Shown here: piece after piece, positions 27,755 to 36,078 of the stretch
Numbering within the stretch: position 1 is the stretch's first letter
Layout: each line of letters starts with the position of its first letter
Origin: Candidatus Undinarchaeales archaeon
Lineage (GTDB): Archaea; SpSt-1190; JASMDC01
Reading direction: 5' to 3'
Assembly: GCA_030753015.1 (NCBI GenBank)
Contig: JASMDC010000002.1
Coordinates: 100,567-164,566, forward strand
DNA: 64,000 nucleotides
Notes under the pieces: model-generated
What the model was told of the DNA's origin: nothing
The model's input: only the letters and a program-made list of their open reading frames with translations
Databases searched by the model: none
Translations under genes and position numbers: made by a program

Positions 27755-27828
27755 GGCCGATGCCGGGATTTGAACCCGAGCTCGGGGATCCACAGTCCCC
27801 GGTGCTAACCAGGCTACACCACATCGGC
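27755..27828 (-). tRNA. tRNA-His (GTG)
   Basis: GCCGATGTGGTGTAGCCTGGTTAGCACCGGGGACTGTGGATCCCCGAGCTCGGGTTCAAATCCCGGCATCGGCC folds as a cloverleaf with a C discriminator and no encoded CCA. Confidence 0.95.
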
Positions 27829-27842
27829 GCCGCGACGGCCTA

Positions 27843-27917
27843 TGGGCCCGGCCGGATTCGAACCGGCGATCCCCCGCTAGTAAGGCGGATGTCATGGACC
27901 AACTAGACCACAGGCCC
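27843..27917 (-). tRNA. tRNA-Val (TAC)
   Basis: GGGCCTGTGGTCTAGTTGGTCCATGACATCCGCCTTACTAGCGGGGGATCGCCGGTTCGAATCCGGCCGGGCCCA; anticodon loop CTTACTA. Confidence 0.9.
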
Positions 27918-27943
27918 GCCGCAGCCTCCCCACAGTGGGCAAA

Positions 27944-27960
27944 GGTTAAAAAGGCTTTCT
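27944..27960 (-). promoter_or_regulatory. BRE/TATA promoter for the tRNA-Val/tRNA-His pair
   Basis: Minus strand reads AGAAAGCC-TTTTTAAC about 28 nt upstream of tRNA-Val. Confidence 0.6.
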
Positions 27961-28022
27961 CACAGGTGAGCGGGCCTTCGCCCGGGCAAAGCAAAGCTTC
28001 ATATTAACGAAGGGATAGGTGT

Positions 28023-30212
28023 GTGGCGGGAGTCACCGTGACGGGGAAGAAGCGATCGAGGACGGAGATACGGATCAAAGGTCCCCGGATCGAGCGGGTG
28101 GAGACAAAGGGGCCGTCGTCCGGATCCCGTAAGGTCCCCCCGACGATCACTGCACCGGAGCCCGAAGGACCTCCCATGCCCACCGATGGCACCGGGCTCA
28201 TCGTCATCGATCCGTGGCTCGAGCCGTACAAGCGGGAGCTGAGGCTCCGCCATGAGCGCTACGAGCGCATGCTCGACCATATCTACGCGCACAACTCCTC
28301 GCTCACGGAGTTCGCCTCCGGCCACATCTGGTTCGGCATCCACGAGGTGAAGGGCGGATGGGTGTACCGCGAGTGGGCTCCCAATGCCAAGGCCCTCTAC
28401 CTCACAGGCGACTTCAACGGCTGGGACCGCACGTCTCATCCGCTGGAGCGGAAGGAGATGGACCAGTGGGAGATCTTCCTCCCCCGGAAGGAGTACGGGA
28501 AGACGTTCACCCACGGCAGCAAGATCAAGGTCCACGTGGTCTCCGATGAGGGCGGCATGGACCGCATCCCTCTCTACGTCCGCCGTGCCGTCCAGGACGA
28601 CAATACCAAGGACTTCGCCGGCCAGGTGTGGCTGCCGCCGAATCCCTTCAAATGGACGGACAGCAGGTTCAAGCCGAAGAAGGACGAGTCGCTCATCATC
28701 TACGAAGCCCATGTCGGTATGGCCCAAGAGAAGGAGGGTATCGGGACCTACCGCGAGTTCGCGGACAACGTCCTCCCCCGCATCAAGGAGCTGGGATACA
28801 ACGCCATCCAGCTCATGGCCGTCCAGGAGCACCCGTACTACGGCTCCTTCGGCTACCATGTCTCGAACTTCTTCGCCCCCTCGTCGAGGTTCGGCACACC
28901 CGAGGACCTCAAGTACCTCGTCAACACCGCTCACCGCCTGGGCATCCGGGTGCTGCTCGACCTCGTGCACTCCCATGCCGTCAAGAACCTGGCCGAGGGC
29001 ATCAACCGGTTCGATGGCACCGTATGGCAGTTCTTCCACGAGGGGGCACGCGGGGAGCACATCTCTTGGGACTCCATGCTCTTCAACTACGGGAAGATCG
29101 AGGTCGTTCACTTCCTTCTCTCCAACCTCCGGTACTGGCTGGAGGAGTTCCACTTCGACGGTTTCCGGTTCGACGGCATCACCTCCATGATGTACCTCCA
29201 CCATGGGTTCGGAGTGGACTTCACACACTACGACATGTACTTCAGGCACAACATCGACCACGAGGCCATCACTTACCTCCAGCTTGCCGCCACCCTCTGC
29301 AAGGAGGTGAAGTCCTGCTCCTGGCTCATCGCCGAGGACATGTCGGGCATGCCGGGGCTCGGGCGTGCCGTCATCGAGGGAGGCCTTGGCTTCGACTATC
29401 GGCTGGGCATGGGCATCCCGGACTACTGGATCAAGCTACTCAAGCACGTGCCCGACGAGAACTGGAGCATGCATGAGCTGTGGAACGTGCTCACCGACCG
29501 GCGACCGTCCGAACGGACCATCGCCTATGCCGAGAGCCACGACCAGGCGCTGGTGGGTGATAAGACCCTTGCATTCTGGCTCATGGATGCGGACATGTAC
29601 TGGTTCATGCGCACCGGCGACCAGAGCCTCCGCATCGACCGCGGCATGGCCCTCCACAAGATGATCCGGCTCATCACGCTCGCCCTGGGCGGTGAAGGGT
29701 ACCTCAACTTCATCGGTAACGAGTTCGGCCATCCAGAGTGGATCGACTTTCCTCGGGAGGGCAACGACTGGAGCTACGAGCACGCCCGCCGCCAGTGGTC
29801 GCTGGCCGATGACAAGGATCTCCGCTATCGGTACCTGCTCGCGTTCGACAAGGTCATGATCAAGCTCGCTACTGAGACGAGCGTGCTTGCAGCAGGCCCT
29901 GCCCGTCGGCTCAACGTGGACGAGGCCAACAACGTGCTCATCTTCGAGCGGGGAGGGCTCATCTTCATCTTCAACTTCAATCCTTCAGCCTCCATCCCGG
30001 ACTACCTGTTCGGTGTACACGAGGCGGGCGAGTACCGTATCGTGCTGGACAGCGATGCGAGCGACCTCGGCGGCCATGGGCGGGTGGATAGCTCGGTCGC
30101 GCTGTTCAGCCAAGAGATCCCAGCCCACGACCAGGCTCAGTCCGTGCAGGTGTATATTCCTTCCCGGACGGTCCTCGTGCTCCGCAAGGTCGGCGCGAAG
30201 ACCGGCACATAG
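28023..30212 (+). CDS. glgB: 1,4-alpha-glucan branching enzyme (GH13_8 type)
   Basis: YREWAPNA, IYEAHVGM, EHPYYGSFGYHV, FDGFRFDGITSM, IAEDMSGMP, YAESHDQALVGDKT, GNEFGHPEWIDFPR. Confidence 0.95.
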   Translation: MAGVTVTGKKRSRTEIRIKGPRIERVETKGPSSGSRKVPPTITAPEPEGPPMPTDGTGLIVIDPWLEPYKRELRLRHERYERMLDHIYAHNSSLTEFASGHIWFGIHEVKGGWVYREWAPNAKALYLTGDFNGWDRTSHPLERKEMDQWEIFLPRKEYGKTFTHGSKIKVHVVSDEGGMDRIPLYVRRAVQDDNTKDFAGQVWLPPNPFKWTDSRFKPKKDESLIIYEAHVGMAQEKEGIGTYREFADNVLPRIKELGYNAIQLMAVQEHPYYGSFGYHVSNFFAPSSRFGTPEDLKYLVNTAHRLGIRVLLDLVHSHAVKNLAEGINRFDGTVWQFFHEGARGEHISWDSMLFNYGKIEVVHFLLSNLRYWLEEFHFDGFRFDGITSMMYLHHGFGVDFTHYDMYFRHNIDHEAITYLQLAATLCKEVKSCSWLIAEDMSGMPGLGRAVIEGGLGFDYRLGMGIPDYWIKLLKHVPDENWSMHELWNVLTDRRPSERTIAYAESHDQALVGDKTLAFWLMDADMYWFMRTGDQSLRIDRGMALHKMIRLITLALGGEGYLNFIGNEFGHPEWIDFPREGNDWSYEHARRQWSLADDKDLRYRYLLAFDKVMIKLATETSVLAAGPARRLNVDEANNVLIFERGGLIFIFNFNPSASIPDYLFGVHEAGEYRIVLDSDASDLGGHGRVDSSVALFSQEIPAHDQAQSVQVYIPSRTVLVLRKVGAKTGT

Positions 30213-30246
30213 GCTTTATATCATTTCAACACCGAGGCCCGAGCGC

Positions 30247-30960
30247 ATGAATCCCTTCGAAGGTATGGACCCCATCCTGGGCATCGATCCGCTCTATCTC
30301 TTCATCGGCGTGGGGGGTATCGGGGTGCTCGCCGTCGTGCTCATCCTCCTCCTGAAGAAGAAGAGGAAGGGCGGTTCCTTCACGGACCCGCGTGCCTACG
30401 AGATAATCATGAACATCGAAGCGCTCGAAGACCGGCTCAAGGAGAGGCGGATCGAGGTCGAGGATTTCGTGGATAAGACCGAGGAGGAGATCGATATCAT
30501 CCGGCAGAAGGACATGGCCTACAATAACCAGATCATGCACTTCCACCAGGAGGCGTTCATGGCCCTCCGGGACAATAACGCCACCGGGGCGAGGACTTTC
30601 ATCATGAACAAGTTGGCCGTCAAGGCCAAGCTCAAGAGCAAGGAGAACCTGCAGAACCTAGTCAAGAAATGTCGGCTGATGGTGGAGGGCATCGCCAACC
30701 ACCAGCAGTCGCTGAATATCTCCAGGGAGGAGACTGAGAGCCTGGGCCGCCGGGAGGAGGTGCTCCAGGACGAGGATCCCTTCTACCTCATCGTGGAGAC
30801 ACTGTCCCTCATCGACCGCGATGTCGAGAGCTACGAGGAGAAGCTCGCCGACATGCGTGATAAGAAGCGGGACATCCAGTCTGCTTCTGTGAAGGTCGAT
30901 GACGAGCAGGTCGATAGCGAGCTAGTGGAGATGGAGAAGGAGGCCGGGTTCTCCGCATGA
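30247..30960 (+). CDS. Membrane-anchored coiled-coil protein, PspA/IM30/ESCRT-III-like
   Basis: N-terminal TM + KKKRK, then DP...IEALEDRLKERR, EAFMALRDNNATGARTFIMNK and DDEQVDSELVEMEKE. TTTATA lies at 30215-30220. The track's 29887 start overlaps glgB and is not credible. Confidence 0.6.
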   Translation: MNPFEGMDPILGIDPLYLFIGVGGIGVLAVVLILLLKKKRKGGSFTDPRAYEIIMNIEALEDRLKERRIEVEDFVDKTEEEIDIIRQKDMAYNNQIMHFHQEAFMALRDNNATGARTFIMNKLAVKAKLKSKENLQNLVKKCRLMVEGIANHQQSLNISREETESLGRREEVLQDEDPFYLIVETLSLIDRDVESYEEKLADMRDKKRDIQSASVKVDDEQVDSELVEMEKEAGFSA

Positions 30961-33371
30961 GCCCGGACAAAAAGGAGAAGAAGAAGGTACCTCCACCACC
31001 ACCTCGGTTGCCTGCAGGCGTGAAAGGCGCCCCGCTCACACGCATCGAACGGATGCCCGACGCCATCAGCACAAAGAAGCCGTCCAAACGGGTATCCATC
31101 CCGACAGCTCCCAAGAAGAAGGCCCCTCCCAAGAAGGAGGAGCTACCCCCTCCTCCAAAGAAGGCCCCACCCGCTCCGAAGCCGGCACCACTGAAGGAGG
31201 CCCCTGCGCCCGCTCCGAAGCCAGCACCGCCGAAGGAGATCCCTCCGCCCGCTCCGAAGCCGACACCACCGAAGAAGGAGAAGCCTCCCAGGAAGGAGGA
31301 AGACCCGTCGCCAAAGGCGAAGGCCGGGAAGAAGAAGGACAAGGAGGGGGACCCTCCTACGTCACAACTTCCCGAAAACACACCGCATTTAAAGATTGCC
31401 GACACCTCGGCACCCATGGCCTCCAAGATCGCGATCAACTACAACTCATGCACCCGGTGCGCCAAGTGCGTCACGGTGTGCCCCAAGCAGGCGATCAAGT
31501 TCGACAACGCACCCATCATGTGCAAGCACTGCACACCCGAGACCGCGGACTGCGCCAAGGCGTGCCCCGAGAAGGCCATCGTTCCCGTGGGGCCGGGCAA
31601 GGACATCCTCAGCGTGCAGGAGGACAGGTGTACGGGGTGTGGCGAGTGTGTCAAGGCATGCCCTTACGATTCCATCTGGGTGCTCGGGGACATCGCTCGA
31701 AAATGCGACATCTGCTACGGTGTTGCTGACCACCCCCTGTGTCTGGAGGAGTGCACCAACCAGGGCTTCAACGCTATCGAGGGGGTCCACGCCGAGCAGG
31801 TCTCAGCTGCCGTCGACACGGGCACATGGTCGCTATCGGTCTACCCCGCCCAGTCCATCCAAGAGCTCGAGCCCATTGTGATCAACGACGAGGGCACCGC
31901 TAGGACCTTCGGCTCGATCGCCAAGGTCCCCAGCGAGCCCAAGCCCGTGTACTACGTCAACGTCATCCCTTCCATCTCGGACGTGGAGCGTACCATCATC
32001 AAGCGCTCCATCGACCGGTTCATCGAGTCGGGCTCGCTCAACGCTTCGACGTACGACCAGATGAAGGCGTTCATCTTGGAAGTGGCCCGGTACATGGGCG
32101 CCGGCATAGACCCGGAGAAGCTGGACCCGCTCTCCATGCTCGCCACCCTCAACTCCACGGGGTTCGGCCCCTTCGACCTCCTGCTCAAGGACGACGCCTT
32201 GGAGGAGGTCATGGGTATCGGCGTGGGCCAGGGCCGGCCCATCTACGTCTACCACCGCAAGTACGGCATGCTCAAGACCAACGTCTTCTTCAACCCGGAC
32301 AAGTCGGGCCAGAACGAGGTGCGGGCCATCATCGAGCGCATGGTGCGCTCCCAGCCGGGGGCCAAGATCGACGACATGCACCCCCGCGTCAACACACGGC
32401 TCCCCGACGGCTCCCGTCTCCACGCGTGCATCAGTCCCATGACCCTAACCGGCTCGCTCATCACCATCCGCAAGTTCCGGGCCAACCCGCTCACCCCCAT
32501 CGAGATCGCTGAGTTCGGCACCATGTCCATCGACGCGCTCACCTACATGTGGCTGACTCTGGAGAACGAGATCTCCATGCTCATCGGCGGCAACACCGGC
32601 TCGGGAAAGACCACCACGCTCAACGCCATCTCGACGTTCATCCCCCCCGACGAGCGCATCATCATCCTTGAGTCCACGCCGGAGATCAACCTCCCCCACG
32701 GCCACCAGGCCCGGGTCGTCACCGTGCCCCAGGCCGAGATCGGAATGGAGGATCTGCTGGAGGACACCCTTCGTATGCGGCCGGACCGGGTCATCGTGGG
32801 CGAGGTGCGTTCGGGCGAGGAGGCGCGCGCGTTCATCAACTCGGTGCTGGCTGGACAGGCGCGTGGGTGCATGTGCACGTTCCACGCACTGGACGCCATG
32901 TCAGCCGCCAAGCGCATGAAGAACCCTCCCATGAACATCGCCCCCATGGACATCCAGACCCTGGACATCATCCTTGTGCAGCGGCGCCTGTCGTTCTACG
33001 ACCATGAAGCACACAAGCGCGTCCAGCTGCGCCGCGTCGTCGAGATCGTGGAGATCGACAAGTCCAAGCCCGCCGAGCTGGACATCCCTCCGCTCCTGCA
33101 GATCTACAAGTACGATACCAAGTCCAAGCAGGTGGTGCGCATGGTGAAAGGCCTCTCGCACCTGGAGAGGCGTATCGCCGAGTACAATATGGACATGACC
33201 GACCAGGAGTACGAGCGGGAGCGGTACGTCCGGATGAAGTTCCTGGAGAGCCTGTACTACCGGCACAAGCAGCAGCCGGGCAGCCTCAGCCTACCGGTGT
33301 TCATGGACTACATCACCCGATTCAGTCAGGACAAGGACTTCCGCGCCAAGTTCGAGGCGAGCGTCAGGTAG
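30957..33371 (+). CDS. VirB11/TadA/FlaI-family ATPase fused to an N-terminal Pro/Lys-rich region and a 4x[4Fe-4S] ferredoxin domain
   Basis: Four Cys motifs (CTRCAKCVTVCP; CKHC..ADCAKACP; CTGCGECVKACP; CDIC...CLEEC), then RLPDGSR, TIRKF, GNTGSGKTT, LRMRPDRVIVGEVR, TFHA. Confidence 0.9.
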   Translation: MSPDKKEKKKVPPPPPRLPAGVKGAPLTRIERMPDAISTKKPSKRVSIPTAPKKKAPPKKEELPPPPKKAPPAPKPAPLKEAPAPAPKPAPPKEIPPPAPKPTPPKKEKPPRKEEDPSPKAKAGKKKDKEGDPPTSQLPENTPHLKIADTSAPMASKIAINYNSCTRCAKCVTVCPKQAIKFDNAPIMCKHCTPETADCAKACPEKAIVPVGPGKDILSVQEDRCTGCGECVKACPYDSIWVLGDIARKCDICYGVADHPLCLEECTNQGFNAIEGVHAEQVSAAVDTGTWSLSVYPAQSIQELEPIVINDEGTARTFGSIAKVPSEPKPVYYVNVIPSISDVERTIIKRSIDRFIESGSLNASTYDQMKAFILEVARYMGAGIDPEKLDPLSMLATLNSTGFGPFDLLLKDDALEEVMGIGVGQGRPIYVYHRKYGMLKTNVFFNPDKSGQNEVRAIIERMVRSQPGAKIDDMHPRVNTRLPDGSRLHACISPMTLTGSLITIRKFRANPLTPIEIAEFGTMSIDALTYMWLTLENEISMLIGGNTGSGKTTTLNAISTFIPPDERIIILESTPEINLPHGHQARVVTVPQAEIGMEDLLEDTLRMRPDRVIVGEVRSGEEARAFINSVLAGQARGCMCTFHALDAMSAAKRMKNPPMNIAPMDIQTLDIILVQRRLSFYDHEAHKRVQLRRVVEIVEIDKSKPAELDIPPLLQIYKYDTKSKQVVRMVKGLSHLERRIAEYNMDMTDQEYERERYVRMKFLESLYYRHKQQPGSLSLPVFMDYITRFSQDKDFRAKFEASVR
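31110..31295 (+). repeat. Imperfect coding tandem repeats (PAPKP units)
   Basis: CCCGCTCCGAAGCC recurs three times and encodes a Pro/Lys-rich linker. Confidence 0.6.
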
Positions 33372-33435
33372 TAGCTTACGAGCGCTGGGGCTAGGATTGT
33401 CACCTATCCGTCAAAGGGGCCGTCAATCCCGTTAA

Positions 33436-33639
33436 CTACTCGAGGATCTTGGGGACCTCGTCGCCAAGGATGGTGGCCTCGGTCCCGCACTTGGGGCAGC
33501 GGATCTTCGCCAGCAGCCCGTACTGCATCTGGAGCCCGTGATGGGGCGCATGCTCGCCCTCGCAGTTGCATGTCCAGCTGAGCCGGCCCTCGCCGGAGTG
33601 TACTCCGTATCCCACGATCTTGATAGAACTCTTTTCCAT
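33436..33639 (-). CDS. Small zinc-ribbon-like protein
   Basis: 67 aa with CNC..H and CPKC. GGAGG-free but has a TATAAAAAA box upstream on the minus strand. Confidence 0.55.
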   Translation of the reverse strand: MEKSSIKIVGYGVHSGEGRLSWTCNCEGEHAPHHGLQMQYGLLAKIRCPKCGTEATILGDEVPKILE

Positions 33640-33720
33640 GGTAGAACCCGGGAGGCTGGTGGTGCCACATTTTTTTATAGGTGAGTGTTCAGAACCTTAT
33701 TGCGGGGGGAGGTGTCTTCC

Positions 33721-34911
33721 ATGGGTTCCAAAGCTGACAAGGACGAGGTCGCCGGTCTATTCTATGAGATCACGGTGGTCGACAATCCCATCATCAAGGG
33801 GCTCATGGACCGTTTCCACCTCGTGGCCCTCCTGTTCCTCTGTGTACTGGTCACCATTATCGGGTACCATGGCCTCCCCACCGCGGAGCAGATAGCCGGT
33901 GTCACTGGCACGGCCACCGGTAGCATCGCACCCTTCGGGGGGAGCCGCCTCGCCTCCGGGGCGTGGGCGCTATGGCACCTGCCCTGTTCATCGCGATGGC
34001 GCATTCCGGGGTATCTCATACTCATCCTCTCCATCCCTCTCGTCAAGCGCCTTTTCAGCAACATCAACCTCTGCTACGACCGGTTGTGGGACCAGAAGAC
34101 CATCTCTCTGAAGGAGGGTGATGGTTCCGACATCGACCAGCTCCGGGAGGGGTACCGCAGCTTCCTCAAGGGCTTCGAGCGACGTCTCAATCACCGGAAC
34201 GCCTACCTCATCGCGGTCGTGTACGCGGTCATCGTGGGAGTGATAAACTTCAACATCCCCGTGAGCGAGTACGACTGGTGCACCATGGAGCGGTTCCCGG
34301 TGACGAGGGGCTCCTACGTCCTCGGGGACATGCTCCTATCGGTCTTCTTCGCGCTCCTGGTGTGGAGGATACTCGTGACCGTGTTCTACATGAGGAGGCT
34401 GAGCGATGAGTTCGACCTGAACGTCCAGCCGCTCCACCCCGACCGTTCGGGTGGGCTGAAGCCCCTGGGTGACCTGAGCTTCTCCGTCGACTCGGTCCTC
34501 CTGTCCGTCGGCGTCTGGCTCAGCGTCGGGCTGTTCACGGCAGCCCCGTCCGTGATGTGGGTGGTCTATTCCGGGATCGTGGTCTACATGGCCCTCGCCA
34601 CGCTCCTATTCTTCTATCCCCTGCACAAGGTCCACCATCTTATGAGCGAGAAGAAGATCGACCTGCTCGACCGGCTGAGCCGGAAGACCAATTCCTATTA
34701 CGAGTCGATCTACAACGATGTCCTGGACGAGGACCGGGACGTGGATCCCGAGAAGCTCAGAAAGCTCAACGACCTGGAGGAGCTATACAGGAAGGCCAGC
34801 GACATGCCCGTCTGGCCCTTCGACAAGGAGACGCTGACGAAGTTCATCTCGACCGTCGGGTTCCCGCTCAGCATGGCGATCGCCAACCTCGCGAGGCTGA
34901 GGTTCTTCTAG
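33721..34911 (+). CDS. Uncharacterised multi-pass membrane protein
   Basis: Several TM segments with HPDRSGGLKPLG and PVWPFD motifs. Confidence 0.75.
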   Translation: MGSKADKDEVAGLFYEITVVDNPIIKGLMDRFHLVALLFLCVLVTIIGYHGLPTAEQIAGVTGTATGSIAPFGGSRLASGAWALWHLPCSSRWRIPGYLILILSIPLVKRLFSNINLCYDRLWDQKTISLKEGDGSDIDQLREGYRSFLKGFERRLNHRNAYLIAVVYAVIVGVINFNIPVSEYDWCTMERFPVTRGSYVLGDMLLSVFFALLVWRILVTVFYMRRLSDEFDLNVQPLHPDRSGGLKPLGDLSFSVDSVLLSVGVWLSVGLFTAAPSVMWVVYSGIVVYMALATLLFFYPLHKVHHLMSEKKIDLLDRLSRKTNSYYESIYNDVLDEDRDVDPEKLRKLNDLEELYRKASDMPVWPFDKETLTKFISTVGFPLSMAIANLARLRFF

Positions 34912-35112
34912 ATACAGGCCGGGCGGTCAACGCGTCCGGCATCGGTCCCGTACCACGTTTACGGATCCCTGCCCCTGGTCTACTTTTAAATACGATGAAA
35001 GCGTAGTCCCTGCTATGCCATCGCATACCAGCTTGCTGGTAGGGACGACCGGGAAGAGACCCGTCGTGCCTATTATGCGATAGGCACCGCGAATTTCTTC
35101 TCGGTGAGTGCT

Positions 35113-35565
35113 ATGGAATCTACATCGAACACCATATCGGAACTGATCTGGGCGTACGAACGGAGCGTGTGCGAGCAGGCCTCGCTCGTTGCGTCCGAGA
35201 TCCGGAGCAGTGCGGACGAGGACGAGCTTCCTCGTGCCCTGCGCAGCTACATCTCCCTCATGTTCGAGGGGGTGCGGTACGGCCATGCCTTCAGGGAGGC
35301 GCGGGACTTCCTGCTGACCCAGGCGGTCCACCGCGGCGTGAGCCCTGTCGAGGTGTCGATGAAACTGACGGAGAAGTACCTCTACGAGGAGATCGTGGTG
35401 CGGGCGTGCCTGCGGAGCATTGCCACCATGGCCCGGGACCTCGAGACAATCGAGTCCTGCCGCATCAACTGGCACAAGCTCCACGGACGGTTCAAGGAGG
35501 CTGCATCGGGAGCCTATAGCATCTTCAGCGAGGGTGAACAGCTGCTGGAGGCCGCCTATGCCTGA
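35113..35565 (+). CDS. Hypothetical helical protein
   Basis: GGTGA before the ATG; coding-like codon bias. Confidence 0.6.
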   Translation: MESTSNTISELIWAYERSVCEQASLVASEIRSSADEDELPRALRSYISLMFEGVRYGHAFREARDFLLTQAVHRGVSPVEVSMKLTEKYLYEEIVVRACLRSIATMARDLETIESCRINWHKLHGRFKEAASGAYSIFSEGEQLLEAAYA

Positions 35566-35996
35566 ACCGCCTTCCTGACCCCTCGAACGACCTCGGGGGG
35601 GAAGATGTCGCCCATGAAAGGATCGCTGGCCATCTGCTCGAACTCCTCGAGGGCAACGTCCATCATGCAGACGTTGAGCCCGTCCACGCGCTCGTAGCGG
35701 TCCTTGGGGACGTCGGTAGAGAGGAGGAGGAGAGGGATCCGGTCACGGTCCAGCTCCTCCTCCACACGCTCGGAGATAGTGTCGCATGGCAGCGCGATCA
35801 TCCGGGAGCGCAGCCTGCGCACGAGCTGGAAGAAAGCAGGGTATTTCTGTCGGGACACGGCGACCACGAGGAACTGGGAGAAGAACTCCTCCTCGATTCC
35901 TTCCATGCAGAAGCGTGTGGGGAACGAGAGGTAGTGGTCCCTACCACGCACGCGCTTGTCGAGCTGTCGCATGAGGGTCGCTGTCTCCTCGTCCAT
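35556..35996 (-). CDS. Hypothetical protein
   Basis: 146-aa ORF with a TATA-like TTTATA about 28 nt upstream. Confidence 0.6.
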   Translation of the reverse strand: MDEETATLMRQLDKRVRGRDHYLSFPTRFCMEGIEEEFFSQFLVVAVSRQKYPAFFQLVRRLRSRMIALPCDTISERVEEELDRDRIPLLLLSTDVPKDRYERVDGLNVCMMDVALEEFEQMASDPFMGDIFPPEVVRGVRKAVQA

Positions 35997-36078
35997 CGGA
36001 TGCAGCCCGGGGAGAGCTTAAGCTATAAATAGCTCTCAGGCAAGAGAGTGCGTTATTGGTAGAATTTAGTAGGGACAT

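Noticed and set aside
27743-27994. 83-aa ORF on the minus strand
   Set aside because: It overlaps the two tRNA genes and is spurious.
27999-29261. Long antisense or alternative-frame ORFs (also 3106..3801, 18089..19309, 25193..26047, 37909..38883, 44404..45930, 60847..61761)
   Set aside because: They mirror well-supported genes. Stop-poor shadow frames are expected at this GC content, and they carry no motifs.
29887-30246. N-terminal extension of the coiled-coil ORF
   Set aside because: It overlaps glgB in another frame. The TATA box at 30215 and the TM segment support ATG 30247.
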